This document shows positions 29,192 through 38,250 of a DNA stretch of 64,000 nt, piece by piece (positions within the stretch are counted from its first letter, which is position 1; each line of letters starts with the position of its first letter). The translations under genes and the position numbers were made by a program. The notes beneath the pieces were generated by a model, which worked only from the letters and a program-made list of their open reading frames with translations, did no database searches and was not told the origin of the DNA. The stretch is from the IMG/VR virus record IMGVR_UViG_3300008110_000034, positions 116,862-180,861 of that record, one strand, 5' to 3'. Source of the DNA: a virus.

Positions 29192-30790
29192 ATGGCAAGC
29201 AAAAGTTTAGATGGTGTTTTAACCAAAAAAGCACACACAAAAGAATCATTCACAGAACAACAACTTGAAGATTTGTTGATGTGTGCCAATGCTGATTCTG
29301 GTTACCACTATTTTTGTAAAAACTTTTTTTATATTCAGCATCCTGTAAGAGGAAAGATGCTGTTTGAACCTTTTGAATTTCAAAATAGATTATTAGATGC
29401 ATACCACGGACATAGATTCAATATCAATATGTTACCTAGACAGATGGGCAAAACTACCTGTGCTGCTGGATACTTATTGTGGTATGCAATGTTTCACCCG
29501 GACCAGACTATACTAATCTCTGCACACAAATATACAGGCTCGCAGGAAATTATGCAACGTGTGCGTTATGCTTATGAACTGTGTCCGGACCATATTCGCT
29601 GCGGTGTTATTAACTACAACAAAGGTAGTATAGAATTTGACAACGGTAGTCGTATAGTTAGTACTACAACTACTGGCAACACTGGCCGTGGTATGAGTAT
29701 ATCATTACTCTACTGTGACGAGTTTGCATTTGTGCCTCCTAACATTGCCGACGAATTCTGGACTTCAATATCTCCGACACTAGCAACTGGCGGTAAGGCA
29801 ATTATTACTAGTACACCTAACAGCGACGAAGATACTTTTGCCAATATCTGGAAAGAAGCGAACAAAAAATTTGACGAATACGGTAACGAGCAACTGATTG
29901 GCATTAATGGGTTTTTTCCTTTTACTTGTCATTGGAACGAACATCCAGATAGAGATGATGCATGGGCAACACAAGAACGTAATCGTATTGGAGAAGAACG
30001 ATTCCGACGAGAGTATAACTGCGAATTCTTAGTATACGACGAAACTTTAATTAACAGTATTTGTCTTGCTGGTCTTGAAGGGAAAGATCCGAGTCTAAGG
30101 ATGGGACAAACAAGGTGGTATAAAACACCTACAAAAGATGGTATCTATGCAATCGCACTCGACCCAGCATTAGGCACCGGCGGCAACTATGCTGCTATAC
30201 AAGTATTTGAACTCCCAAAATTTGAACAAATTGCCGAATGGCAGCACAACATAACTCCAGTCCAGGGGCAAATTAGAATTTTAAGAGACATCTTAAAGTA
30301 TATTCTAGATTGCATAGGGGAAGAAAATTCAGGAAATATCTATTGGAGTGTTGAAAATAATACAGTAGGTGAAGCAGCGTTAGTGTGTATTAAAGACGTA
30401 GGTGAAGAAAATATACCTGGGTTATTTATAGCAGAGCCTATACGTAAAGGACATGTACGTAAGTTTCGCAAGGGATTTAATACAACACATAAGAGTAAAA
30501 TATCTGCTAGTGCTAGACTAAAATACCTAATAGAATCAGGTAAAATGAAGATATACAGCAAACCTTTAATATCTGAATTAAAAGCATTTATTGCACAGGG
30601 TATAAGTTTTAAAGCAAAAGTTGGTGAAACAGATGACTTAGTTAGTGCCCTATTACTTATAGTACGTATGAGCCAAGTACTGTCTGATTGGGATTCAAGA
30701 GTATTTGAAAATTTCAGTAGCAACGACCTCAACGATGATGAGCAATTTGAGCCGCCAATGCCGATCTACATTTCATCATTTCTAGGATAA
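29192..30790 (+). CDS. gp17: Terminase large subunit
   Basis: Start MASKSLDG; PRQMGKT Walker A, LLYCDEFAF Walker B, ITSTPN, ALDPALG nuclease, DDLVSALL. Confidence 0.95.
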   Translation: MASKSLDGVLTKKAHTKESFTEQQLEDLLMCANADSGYHYFCKNFFYIQHPVRGKMLFEPFEFQNRLLDAYHGHRFNINMLPRQMGKTTCAAGYLLWYAMFHPDQTILISAHKYTGSQEIMQRVRYAYELCPDHIRCGVINYNKGSIEFDNGSRIVSTTTTGNTGRGMSISLLYCDEFAFVPPNIADEFWTSISPTLATGGKAIITSTPNSDEDTFANIWKEANKKFDEYGNEQLIGINGFFPFTCHWNEHPDRDDAWATQERNRIGEERFRREYNCEFLVYDETLINSICLAGLEGKDPSLRMGQTRWYKTPTKDGIYAIALDPALGTGGNYAAIQVFELPKFEQIAEWQHNITPVQGQIRILRDILKYILDCIGEENSGNIYWSVENNTVGEAALVCIKDVGEENIPGLFIAEPIRKGHVRKFRKGFNTTHKSKISASARLKYLIESGKMKIYSKPLISELKAFIAQGISFKAKVGETDDLVSALLLIVRMSQVLSDWDSRVFENFSSNDLNDDEQFEPPMPIYISSFLG

Positions 30791-30798
30791 ATATCATT

Positions 30799-33087
30799 AT
30801 GGAACGAAATCTTGACGAAATTGCTAAGAGTCTGTTTGATCAAATTAGATCACAGATTCCTAAAATAAAAATGGAAGATGCTCAGGGAAATGCTACAATT
30901 AAACCTGAGCAAGCCCGTTTTTTTGAGTTTAACTATGTAGTAAATGGTGCTGTTTTTGGACTAGTAAACATTGATGTTTCTTCTGAGGATGGAGTTGTTG
31001 TAATTTACCCTAATGATATTACACAAGGACAAAAAAACTTCAATAAGAAAAAATGGTTTAACTTTCTAAAAGAAATACGAGAATGTGCAAGACAGCATTT
31101 GTTAGACTTTAATGTTAGAGATATTAGCAAACAATCATTAGATAAAAGAGATAAAGAATATATGTCCAGTCAAAAGGAAACAAACATGAGTGAAAGTAAA
31201 TTGTTCGGCACCAGCAAAACTAGTTACCAAGATTTAGGTAACAGCACAATTATTGTTAGGCACAGTGCTCCAGTAAACTATAATCATCCTGCGGGAAGAA
31301 CACAAAGAATTGAAAGCATTTATATTGAAAATGTACAAGGTGAAAGATTTAAGTATCCCTTAAGACACCTTAACGGCGCACGAGCACTAGCACAACATAT
31401 TGGCGAAGGCGGCACCCCTTATGATTCAATTGGCCGCTATGTGATTGGACTATCTGAAGAATTATCAAAGTTACGATTCTTTAAAAATTACGTTGATCGT
31501 AGCCCAACAATTTCTGAGTCTATGAGCACCGTACATACAAAAGTAATTGAAAGAATTGATCAAATTAAAAAAGAAATTCATCATTTGCAGAACAATAGTT
31601 ACTATCAAACATTCTCTGAATCATTTACTGAAAATAACGATTCAGACGTTCCTGAAGAAATTATGAATGATTGGATTGATAGATTAACTATTAAAACATT
31701 TAACGAAGAATTAAAAACTGTATTTCCTTACATCTATAAACTTGTTGACGAATCAGAAATACCAGTTAAAGAACTTGATATCAGTGAGATTATCGACAAT
31801 GACGATGAATTAGAGTACGAAGGAATTGACCACAGCGAAGCACCAGAATTAGAAAGTTATATTAGCTACATTAATTCTATACAAACAGAAGAAGAAGAAA
31901 AAGATACACAAGAAGCTCCTCCTGAGATTCCTGCAGGAATAACCCCAGACGCTGCTCAAATAATAGTTGATCAGTTGAATCAAGGTGTTGGCATTACTGA
32001 TATTCTTAAAGGAGAATCTTCAGGGATTCCTGAAGAGGCATTAGAAGGTTTAAGAAGTATGGTAGCAGACATGGCTATTGATATGGAACTACTAGATGAA
32101 AAAGAAGTAAACGATATTAGCGAAAAAGTAGCAGATATATTATATCAAAGTGCTCAAGAACCAGCACCAGCACCTGAACCTGCAGCAGCGCCTGCACCTG
32201 ATCCAGCAGCAGCACCAGCAGCACCAGCAGCACCAGCAGCACCGGCACCTGATCCAGCAGCAGCAGTACCACCTAGTCTACCAATGACACCAGGAGTAGC
32301 AATGGCAGAAAATTTAAAACGCTTGATCGAAAAGGCTAGACTGGCTGGCGCAACACCTAGCACAATAATTAATTTTGGCGGAACTGATTTATCTTTAGGT
32401 GAAGCAATTACCAAAGCCGGATTTCAAATTGAAAGTTTCTTTGATCAAGATGACCAACACAATAATGAGTCAGAGTTAATTGAATTTATTAAAAGTATGT
32501 TTGATGCAGAAACAGGTAAATTTCCTAAAGGTGAAACAGGTGTGTTAATAGCCTGTGAGAAAAAATTTGGTGAAGGTGCTGTTTCAAAAGCAAAGAATGT
32601 TGTTAACGAACTAGAGTCTAGAGCAGATCTTAGAAGAATTCGTGAATTATCCGGACTTTCAAATCAAGAAGAAGGATTCGGAGATGAACTAGCTTACAAA
32701 GCAGGCAACGTAGTTGGAAAAGTTCAAAAAGGAGTAAAAGACACAGTCGGTAATATTCGTCAAGGTGTATCAGATTTAGCCTCCAATTTTAAATCAGGGC
32801 AGCAGGCAGGACAAGGAGTAAGTGGTCAGTCTGGTCAACCAGATAACAGTAGGCTTGGACAGACTCCACCTGGTCAAGACAGTAGCAAAATGACGCAACC
32901 GCCAGGCCCTGGGGATATTACAGGCCCTAGGGATATGAAACCTAAAATGGGACAAGGCGGTCTCCCCCAACCTAAACCACAAAGTGGAAATTTTGCACAA
33001 TCTGTTCAGCCTAAAATGGGACAAGGTGCTCAAACTCAAAAAGAAGACCTACTTGATAAACTTCGAAAAATGGCAGGAATAAATTAA
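30799..33087 (+). CDS. Large acidic hypothetical protein (762 aa), probably head-associated
   Basis: Globular N-terminal half, acidic middle, Pro/Ala linker, two L-xx-L/I-R-x-L/M-(S/A)-G motifs. Confidence 0.6.
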   Translation: MERNLDEIAKSLFDQIRSQIPKIKMEDAQGNATIKPEQARFFEFNYVVNGAVFGLVNIDVSSEDGVVVIYPNDITQGQKNFNKKKWFNFLKEIRECARQHLLDFNVRDISKQSLDKRDKEYMSSQKETNMSESKLFGTSKTSYQDLGNSTIIVRHSAPVNYNHPAGRTQRIESIYIENVQGERFKYPLRHLNGARALAQHIGEGGTPYDSIGRYVIGLSEELSKLRFFKNYVDRSPTISESMSTVHTKVIERIDQIKKEIHHLQNNSYYQTFSESFTENNDSDVPEEIMNDWIDRLTIKTFNEELKTVFPYIYKLVDESEIPVKELDISEIIDNDDELEYEGIDHSEAPELESYISYINSIQTEEEEKDTQEAPPEIPAGITPDAAQIIVDQLNQGVGITDILKGESSGIPEEALEGLRSMVADMAIDMELLDEKEVNDISEKVADILYQSAQEPAPAPEPAAAPAPDPAAAPAAPAAPAAPAPDPAAAVPPSLPMTPGVAMAENLKRLIEKARLAGATPSTIINFGGTDLSLGEAITKAGFQIESFFDQDDQHNNESELIEFIKSMFDAETGKFPKGETGVLIACEKKFGEGAVSKAKNVVNELESRADLRRIRELSGLSNQEEGFGDELAYKAGNVVGKVQKGVKDTVGNIRQGVSDLASNFKSGQQAGQGVSGQSGQPDNSRLGQTPPGQDSSKMTQPPGPGDITGPRDMKPKMGQGGLPQPKPQSGNFAQSVQPKMGQGAQTQKEDLLDKLRKMAGIN
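32161..32274 (+). repeat. Coding low-complexity tandem repeat (CCAGCAGCA)n, Pro-Ala linker
   Basis: PAPAPEPAAAPAPDPAAAPAAPAAPAAPAPDPAAA. Confidence 0.9.
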
Positions 33088-33115
33088 AAACGGCGAAAAA
33101 AGTCTGTTATTTCTC

Positions 33116-33161
33116 TTGCAAGACTAAATAAAAACGCATACAATAACATGTATGCGTTTTT
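33116..33161 (+). promoter_or_regulatory. Nested sigma70 and late promoters overlaid by a 13-bp inverted repeat upstream of gp32
   Basis: TTGCAA(33116)-N17-TACAAT(33139); TAAATA 33125-33130; AAAAACGCATACA/TGTATGCGTTTTT. Confidence 0.65.
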
Positions 33162-33219
33162 TGTTTGATAGGTGTCAAACAAACTAAAGGCAAATATAGG
33201 CTAACAATAGGAGATAACC

Positions 33220-34194
33220 ATGGCAACTTTAGCTGAAATCAGAGCAAAATTAAAAGAACAAGAATCCCGCGGTAGCGGCGACAACAAAACCGGAGGCGAT
33301 AATTCAATTTATCCATTCTGGAATCTCAAAGAAGGTCAAGAAGCAACAGTACGCTTTTTACCCGATGGCAACACAGATAACACATTCTTCTGGGTAGAAC
33401 GTGCAATGATCAAACTTCCCTTTGCTGGAATCAAGGGAGATGCAGAAAGCAAAAATGTCATTGTACAAGTTCCATGCATGGAAATGTACGGACCAGGAAA
33501 TGTATGTCCTATTCTTTCAGAAGTGCGTCCTTGGTTTAAGGATCCTAATCTTGAGGATATGGGGCGTAAGTATTGGAAGAAAAAATCTTATATTTTCCAG
33601 GGCTTTGTAGTTGACGATCCAATGAAAGAAGAAAAGCCAGAAAATCTAATTCGTAGATTTATCATTGGTCCACAGATCTTCCAACTTATTCGTGCGGCAT
33701 TGATGGATCCAGACATGGACGACTTGCCAACTGACTACGTAAACGGAGTAGACTTCCGTATTGCTAAAACCAGTAAAGGTGGCTATGCTGACTACTCAAC
33801 TAGTAAGTGGGCTCGTCGTGAACGACCACTAGAAGAAGCAGAATCAGCTGCTGTTCAAGCACACGGGCTATTTAATCTTAATGATTACTTGCCTAAGAAG
33901 CCAACCGATGTTGAGCTAAAAGTAATCAAAGAAATGTTTGAAGCAAGTGTTGATGGCGAAGCATTTGACATGGAACGTTGGGGACAATATTACCGTCCAG
34001 CGGGTGTGAGCTCTAATACCGGCGATCCTAACACAGCTAAATCAGCAGCACCTAGTACTCCTCAAACTAGTCCGGACTTAGAAGATGATTTTGAAGCACC
34101 AGCAGCAAAATCTCCTAAGAAAGAAGAATCTACAACTACTTCTAGTACTAAAGCAGAAGACATTCTTGCAATGATTCGCAGCCGTCAAAAGTAA
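33220..34194 (+). CDS. gp32: Single-stranded DNA-binding protein
   Basis: ATVRFLPDGN, CPILSE, GRKYWKKKSY, GVDFRIAK, GGYADYSTSKW; acidic tail. Confidence 0.92.
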   Translation: MATLAEIRAKLKEQESRGSGDNKTGGDNSIYPFWNLKEGQEATVRFLPDGNTDNTFFWVERAMIKLPFAGIKGDAESKNVIVQVPCMEMYGPGNVCPILSEVRPWFKDPNLEDMGRKYWKKKSYIFQGFVVDDPMKEEKPENLIRRFIIGPQIFQLIRAALMDPDMDDLPTDYVNGVDFRIAKTSKGGYADYSTSKWARRERPLEEAESAAVQAHGLFNLNDYLPKKPTDVELKVIKEMFEASVDGEAFDMERWGQYYRPAGVSSNTGDPNTAKSAAPSTPQTSPDLEDDFEAPAAKSPKKEESTTTSSTKAEDILAMIRSRQK

Positions 34195-34200
34195 TACGCA

Positions 34201-34236
34201 TAAATAGGATACGGATTTATTCGTATCCTATTTTTT
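34201..34236 (+). terminator. Terminator hairpin overlapping a TAAATA promoter core
   Basis: AAATAGGATACG/CGTATCCTATTT 12-bp stem plus T run; TAAATA at 34201-34206. Confidence 0.7.
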
Positions 34237-34239
34237 ATT

Positions 34240-35004
34240 ATGACTATGGACTGGAAACTAATTGAAAAAGCGCAATGGAAATTGCGACAACACCCTTTAA
34301 CAGCAAGACAAAGTATAGGTTGTCTAGACGATCTAAAAGTCTTTATGGAAAATCATGTCTACGCTGTTTGGGATTTTATGTGTCTTACTAAACAACTACA
34401 GCATCATCTTGCGCCTAGCGGTAGCCCGTGGGTTCCAAAATACTCTGCAGAATCTCGTCGATGGGTAAATGAAATTATCCTTGGAGAAGAAAGCGATATA
34501 ACAGTTGACGGTGTAAAACACCTAAGCCATTTTGAAAGCTATATTGTAGCCATGGAAGAAATTGGCATGGACACTACTTGGATTAAACAATGGCCGAATC
34601 TGGTTGCCGAAGTTGGTTGGGAGGAAGCACTTAATCATCCAAGCGTACCTGAGCCTGCAAAATTCTTTATGTCAGAGACTAAAAGTTTTGTAGACAGTGA
34701 TAAACCTTGGATTATTTGCTCTGCATTAGCATTAGGTAGAGAAGATCTTTTACCTGAACAATTCCAATCTGTGTTAAATCAATTAGAAGTTATGGAAATA
34801 CCTAGTCCAACTTTCCGTTGGTATCTAGCAAGACATGTCGAAATTGATGGCAATGAGCACGGTCCAGCAGCTAGAAGATTACTAGTAGAACTTTGTGCCG
34901 GAGACCCTGAGCGCGAAGTTGAAGCAACAGAAGCAGCGTTACGGGCAATTAAAGCTCGAATGAAATATTGGGATATGATTATTCAACGGAATTATCTAAC
35001 GTAA
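34240..35004 (+). CDS. Heme-oxygenase-like diiron enzyme (DUF3050 family)
   Basis: FMENHVYAVWDFMCL, EIILGEESD, SHFESY, GREDL, RHVEIDGNEHG (HxxxDxxxH) iron-ligand set. Confidence 0.8.
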   Translation: MTMDWKLIEKAQWKLRQHPLTARQSIGCLDDLKVFMENHVYAVWDFMCLTKQLQHHLAPSGSPWVPKYSAESRRWVNEIILGEESDITVDGVKHLSHFESYIVAMEEIGMDTTWIKQWPNLVAEVGWEEALNHPSVPEPAKFFMSETKSFVDSDKPWIICSALALGREDLLPEQFQSVLNQLEVMEIPSPTFRWYLARHVEIDGNEHGPAARRLLVELCAGDPEREVEATEAALRAIKARMKYWDMIIQRNYLT

Positions 35005-36431
35005 TGGCAAATGTAATTTTTTATAGTCAACTTGGCTATCGTCCTTTTATTTGGCGACCAGTAGCTTGTTATATTCTTGCCAGATGGTTAGAAGAACATG
35101 GTTATACTTGTCAAGTAATTGAGTTCACTCACTTGTTCTCGCCTGACGAACTAATAGAACATACAAAAATGTTCATTGACAAAGATACAATGTTAATTGG
35201 CGTGAGTAGTACAATGTGGGCGACATGGAATGCCGATCTTGGACAACAAAGTCGAGTTGAAAGTATACCAGAAAATATCAAAATTGCAATTACAGAATTA
35301 AAAAAAGAATTTCCGAATATAAAAACACAGTTAGGTGGTCCTAGAGCTCATGATCATATTGTAGGCGTAGATTTATTTGACTTTGCTACTACTGATGCGT
35401 ACGGCGAAGACGGTCTACTAAAGTTGATGGATGAACTTAGCAAACAAACTGGTATAACAAAAATTAATCGCAAAAAGTTTGATATCAGTAGTCACAGATT
35501 TGTTTATAAAGATCATGACTGTATTCTACCTGGGGAAACTTTGCCAATTGAGTGGGGAAGAGGTTGTATATTTCAATGTCCCTTTTGTCGCAGTCCTAAT
35601 TTAGGTAAACGTCCCGGAGCAGACGAAAAAGATATTAGTCTTATGGTCGATGAATTCACAGAAATGTATGAACGATTCGGAACGACGAACTATTATTTTA
35701 TTGATGAAACATTTAATGCAAATAATGATAGAATTGAACGATTAGGCGAAGTATATCAAAAGTTACCTTTTAAATTAGAATTTTTAGCATACAACAGAGC
35801 AGACTTACTAGATGCACACCCGTGGACGCAAGATGTTTTACACGAGTGTGGTCAACGAGGTGCATTATTTGGAATAGAAACTTTTCATCCGGACGGTGCA
35901 AAATTAGTTAAAAAGCCGTGGAGTTCTAAAAGAGGTAAAGACTTTCTGTTACACTTACAAGATAAATGGCCGAACACACACATAGACGTAAGCTTGATTG
36001 CCGGATTACCAAATGTTCCAAAAGAATATTTGTATGAAACTGCCGACTGGTTATTAACTACAAAGTTAGGATTCTTTTGGTTCATGACATTACAGATGGT
36101 AGAAAATGAAAAACAAGGAGTATGGGAATTAAGCGCAGAAAAACAAGGAATAACCTGGCCAAGCAAGAAATACCCACTGTATTGGGAATGGGGAGATATG
36201 AGTTTTATTAAAGCTTATAACTTAGCCAGCGAATTAAACCGTTATGTAAAAACACAATCACGATGGGCTATGTGGGGACTAGGTCCTTTAAAAACTATTG
36301 GCTTAGATTTAATGAATTGTGTAAACAAAAGCAGTGCTGAAATTTTTGCACAAACAGGCGATATGTACGATCATGAAGATAGACTTTTTGAGATGTACAA
36401 AGAAAAACTTAAAAAAATTGCAGGCAGATAA
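35004..36431 (+). CDS. Cobalamin-binding (class B) radical SAM enzyme
   Basis: Start MANVIF at TAATG overlap; B12-domain pattern (YILARWLEEHGY, LGGP, GEDG); RGCIFQCPFC CxxxCxxC; FIDETFN; GIET. Confidence 0.88.
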   Translation: MANVIFYSQLGYRPFIWRPVACYILARWLEEHGYTCQVIEFTHLFSPDELIEHTKMFIDKDTMLIGVSSTMWATWNADLGQQSRVESIPENIKIAITELKKEFPNIKTQLGGPRAHDHIVGVDLFDFATTDAYGEDGLLKLMDELSKQTGITKINRKKFDISSHRFVYKDHDCILPGETLPIEWGRGCIFQCPFCRSPNLGKRPGADEKDISLMVDEFTEMYERFGTTNYYFIDETFNANNDRIERLGEVYQKLPFKLEFLAYNRADLLDAHPWTQDVLHECGQRGALFGIETFHPDGAKLVKKPWSSKRGKDFLLHLQDKWPNTHIDVSLIAGLPNVPKEYLYETADWLLTTKLGFFWFMTLQMVENEKQGVWELSAEKQGITWPSKKYPLYWEWGDMSFIKAYNLASELNRYVKTQSRWAMWGLGPLKTIGLDLMNCVNKSSAEIFAQTGDMYDHEDRLFEMYKEKLKKIAGR

Positions 36432-36440
36432 TCAATTATT

Positions 36441-36469
36441 TTGACATTAGTTGATTATTAATATATTAT
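36441..36469 (+). promoter_or_regulatory. Sigma70-type promoter for uvsX
   Basis: TTGACA-N17-TATTAT. Confidence 0.75.
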
Positions 36470-36493
36470 TACTTTTAAATAGGGACAAACATT

Positions 36494-37552
36494 ATGACAA
36501 AGGCATTCGATTTATCAAAATTTCGTAAAAGCATTACTAAATCTATTGACGGTATATCCGTTGGATTTCAAGATCCTACAGATTGGATCAGCACTAACAA
36601 CTATGCACTCAACTATCTTATCAGCGGAGACTTTAGCAAAGGTATTCCGATGGGGAAAGTTACAGTGTTTGCTGGAGAATCAGGCGCAGGTAAAAGTTTT
36701 ATCTGTTCAGGGAATCTCGTAAAAAATGCACAAGAACAAGGTATCTATGTCATTCTAATTGACACAGAAAATGCATTAGATGAAGCATGGCTACATGCAC
36801 TAGGCGTTGATACTAGCGAAGACAAATTACTTAAATTAAACATGGCAATGATCGACGATGTTGCTAAGATGATTTCTGAATTTGTTAAAGAATACAAAAA
36901 TTTACCAGAAGAAAACAGACCCAAAGTCCTATTTGTATTAGACAGCCTTGGTATGTTACTCACACCTACAGATGTTAATCAATTTGACGCTGGCGACCTT
37001 AAAGGTGATATGGGTCGTAAACCTAAAGCACTTACAGCACTGGTTCGTAATTGTGTAAACATGTTTGGAAGTTTAAACATTGGATTGGTTTGTACAAATC
37101 ACACATATGCAAGTCAGGACATGTTTGATCCTGATGACAAGATCTCAGGCGGACAAGGATTCATTTATGCAAGTAGTATCGTAGTTGCCATGAAGAAATT
37201 AAAATTAAAAGAAGACGAAGATGGCAACAAGATTAGCGAAGTGAAAGGTATTCGTGCTGCATGTAAGATCATGAAGACACGCTACGCTAAACCTTTTGAA
37301 AGTGTACAAGTTAAAATTCCTTATGAAACTGGTATGAATCCTTATAGTGGATTAGTTGATTTGTTTGAAGGAAAATCATTGTTACTAAAAGACGGTAATC
37401 GACTAGCGTTTACTACAAATGACGGTGAAATTGTTAAATATTATCGCAAAGAATGGGAACGTAACGAAGACGGGTGTCTTGATACAGTTATGAAAGAATA
37501 TAAAATTAACCCACATAGAATAAAAAATAGTGAGATCGTTGAGGAGACTTAA
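36494..37552 (+). CDS. uvsX: RecA/UvsX-like recombinase
   Basis: FAGESGAGKS, LIDTENALD, FVLDSLGML, NHTY, SGGQGFIYASS, KTRYAKPF. Confidence 0.95.
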   Translation: MTKAFDLSKFRKSITKSIDGISVGFQDPTDWISTNNYALNYLISGDFSKGIPMGKVTVFAGESGAGKSFICSGNLVKNAQEQGIYVILIDTENALDEAWLHALGVDTSEDKLLKLNMAMIDDVAKMISEFVKEYKNLPEENRPKVLFVLDSLGMLLTPTDVNQFDAGDLKGDMGRKPKALTALVRNCVNMFGSLNIGLVCTNHTYASQDMFDPDDKISGGQGFIYASSIVVAMKKLKLKEDEDGNKISEVKGIRAACKIMKTRYAKPFESVQVKIPYETGMNPYSGLVDLFEGKSLLLKDGNRLAFTTNDGEIVKYYRKEWERNEDGCLDTVMKEYKINPHRIKNSEIVEET

Positions 37553-37555
37553 TAA

Positions 37556-37792
37556 ATGAATGAAAATCAATTAGCCGACATCTGGATGTTGTTTAAAGAA
37601 CACATCGATAAAAAACAACAAGAATCAGTAGCAGAGCGTTATATTGATTTGTTAGCTGATTACGGAGTTAGCGACAAAACATTTGAAGCAGCTACGGGAG
37701 TCGATGACATTCTTGATCAGGCGATTGAATATTATCTTGATATTAAGGATGAAGATCAAGATGAGGACTGGGAAGACGAAGACAACTATTAA
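37556..37792 (+). CDS. Small acidic hypothetical protein
   Basis: 78 aa between uvsX and uvsY, D/E-rich tail. Confidence 0.6.
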   Translation: MNENQLADIWMLFKEHIDKKQQESVAERYIDLLADYGVSDKTFEAATGVDDILDQAIEYYLDIKDEDQDEDWEDEDNY

Positions 37793-37794
37793 TT

Positions 37795-38250
37795 ATGACT
37801 TGGTACTCAAAAATATCTAAAGATATATCCTACATACCCGATGCTGTCGAGTATTATAACAACGAGCTTAACGATGCCAGGATAGAAGTAAAAATTTCTG
37901 GTAATATTGAAAGAGCTAGTGCAAACATGCCTGGAATTGTAGAACATAGATTTGGTCAGCTTCAAGAAATTGAAGCAATTCTTGAGTATTTAAATATCGA
38001 GTTGCGTAGATTAAGAAGTCAACATTTTCGAAAATATCTTGAAAACTATCAACGTGCTCTTACTAGCAGAGATGTTGAAAAATATGTAGAAGGTGAGGCA
38101 GATGTAGTTGATTTTGAAAAAATTATCAATGAGTTTGCCTTACTTCGAAATAAATGGCTAGCAATAACTAAAGCTCTTGATCAGAAACAATGGCAGCTTA
38201 CTAACATAGTAAAACTAAGGGTTGCCGGCATGGAAGATGCTACCTTGTGA
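37795..38250 (+). CDS. uvsY: Recombination mediator UvsY-like
   Basis: Coiled helical protein after uvsX; KYVEGEADV, RNKWLAITKALDQKQWQLTN. Confidence 0.8.
   Translation: MTWYSKISKDISYIPDAVEYYNNELNDARIEVKISGNIERASANMPGIVEHRFGQLQEIEAILEYLNIELRRLRSQHFRKYLENYQRALTSRDVEKYVEGEADVVDFEKIINEFALLRNKWLAITKALDQKQWQLTNIVKLRVAGMEDATL

Noticed and set aside
32161-32274. Tandem repeat considered as CRISPR-like or regulatory array
   Set aside because: 9-nt in-frame units with no unique spacers; encodes a Pro/Ala linker
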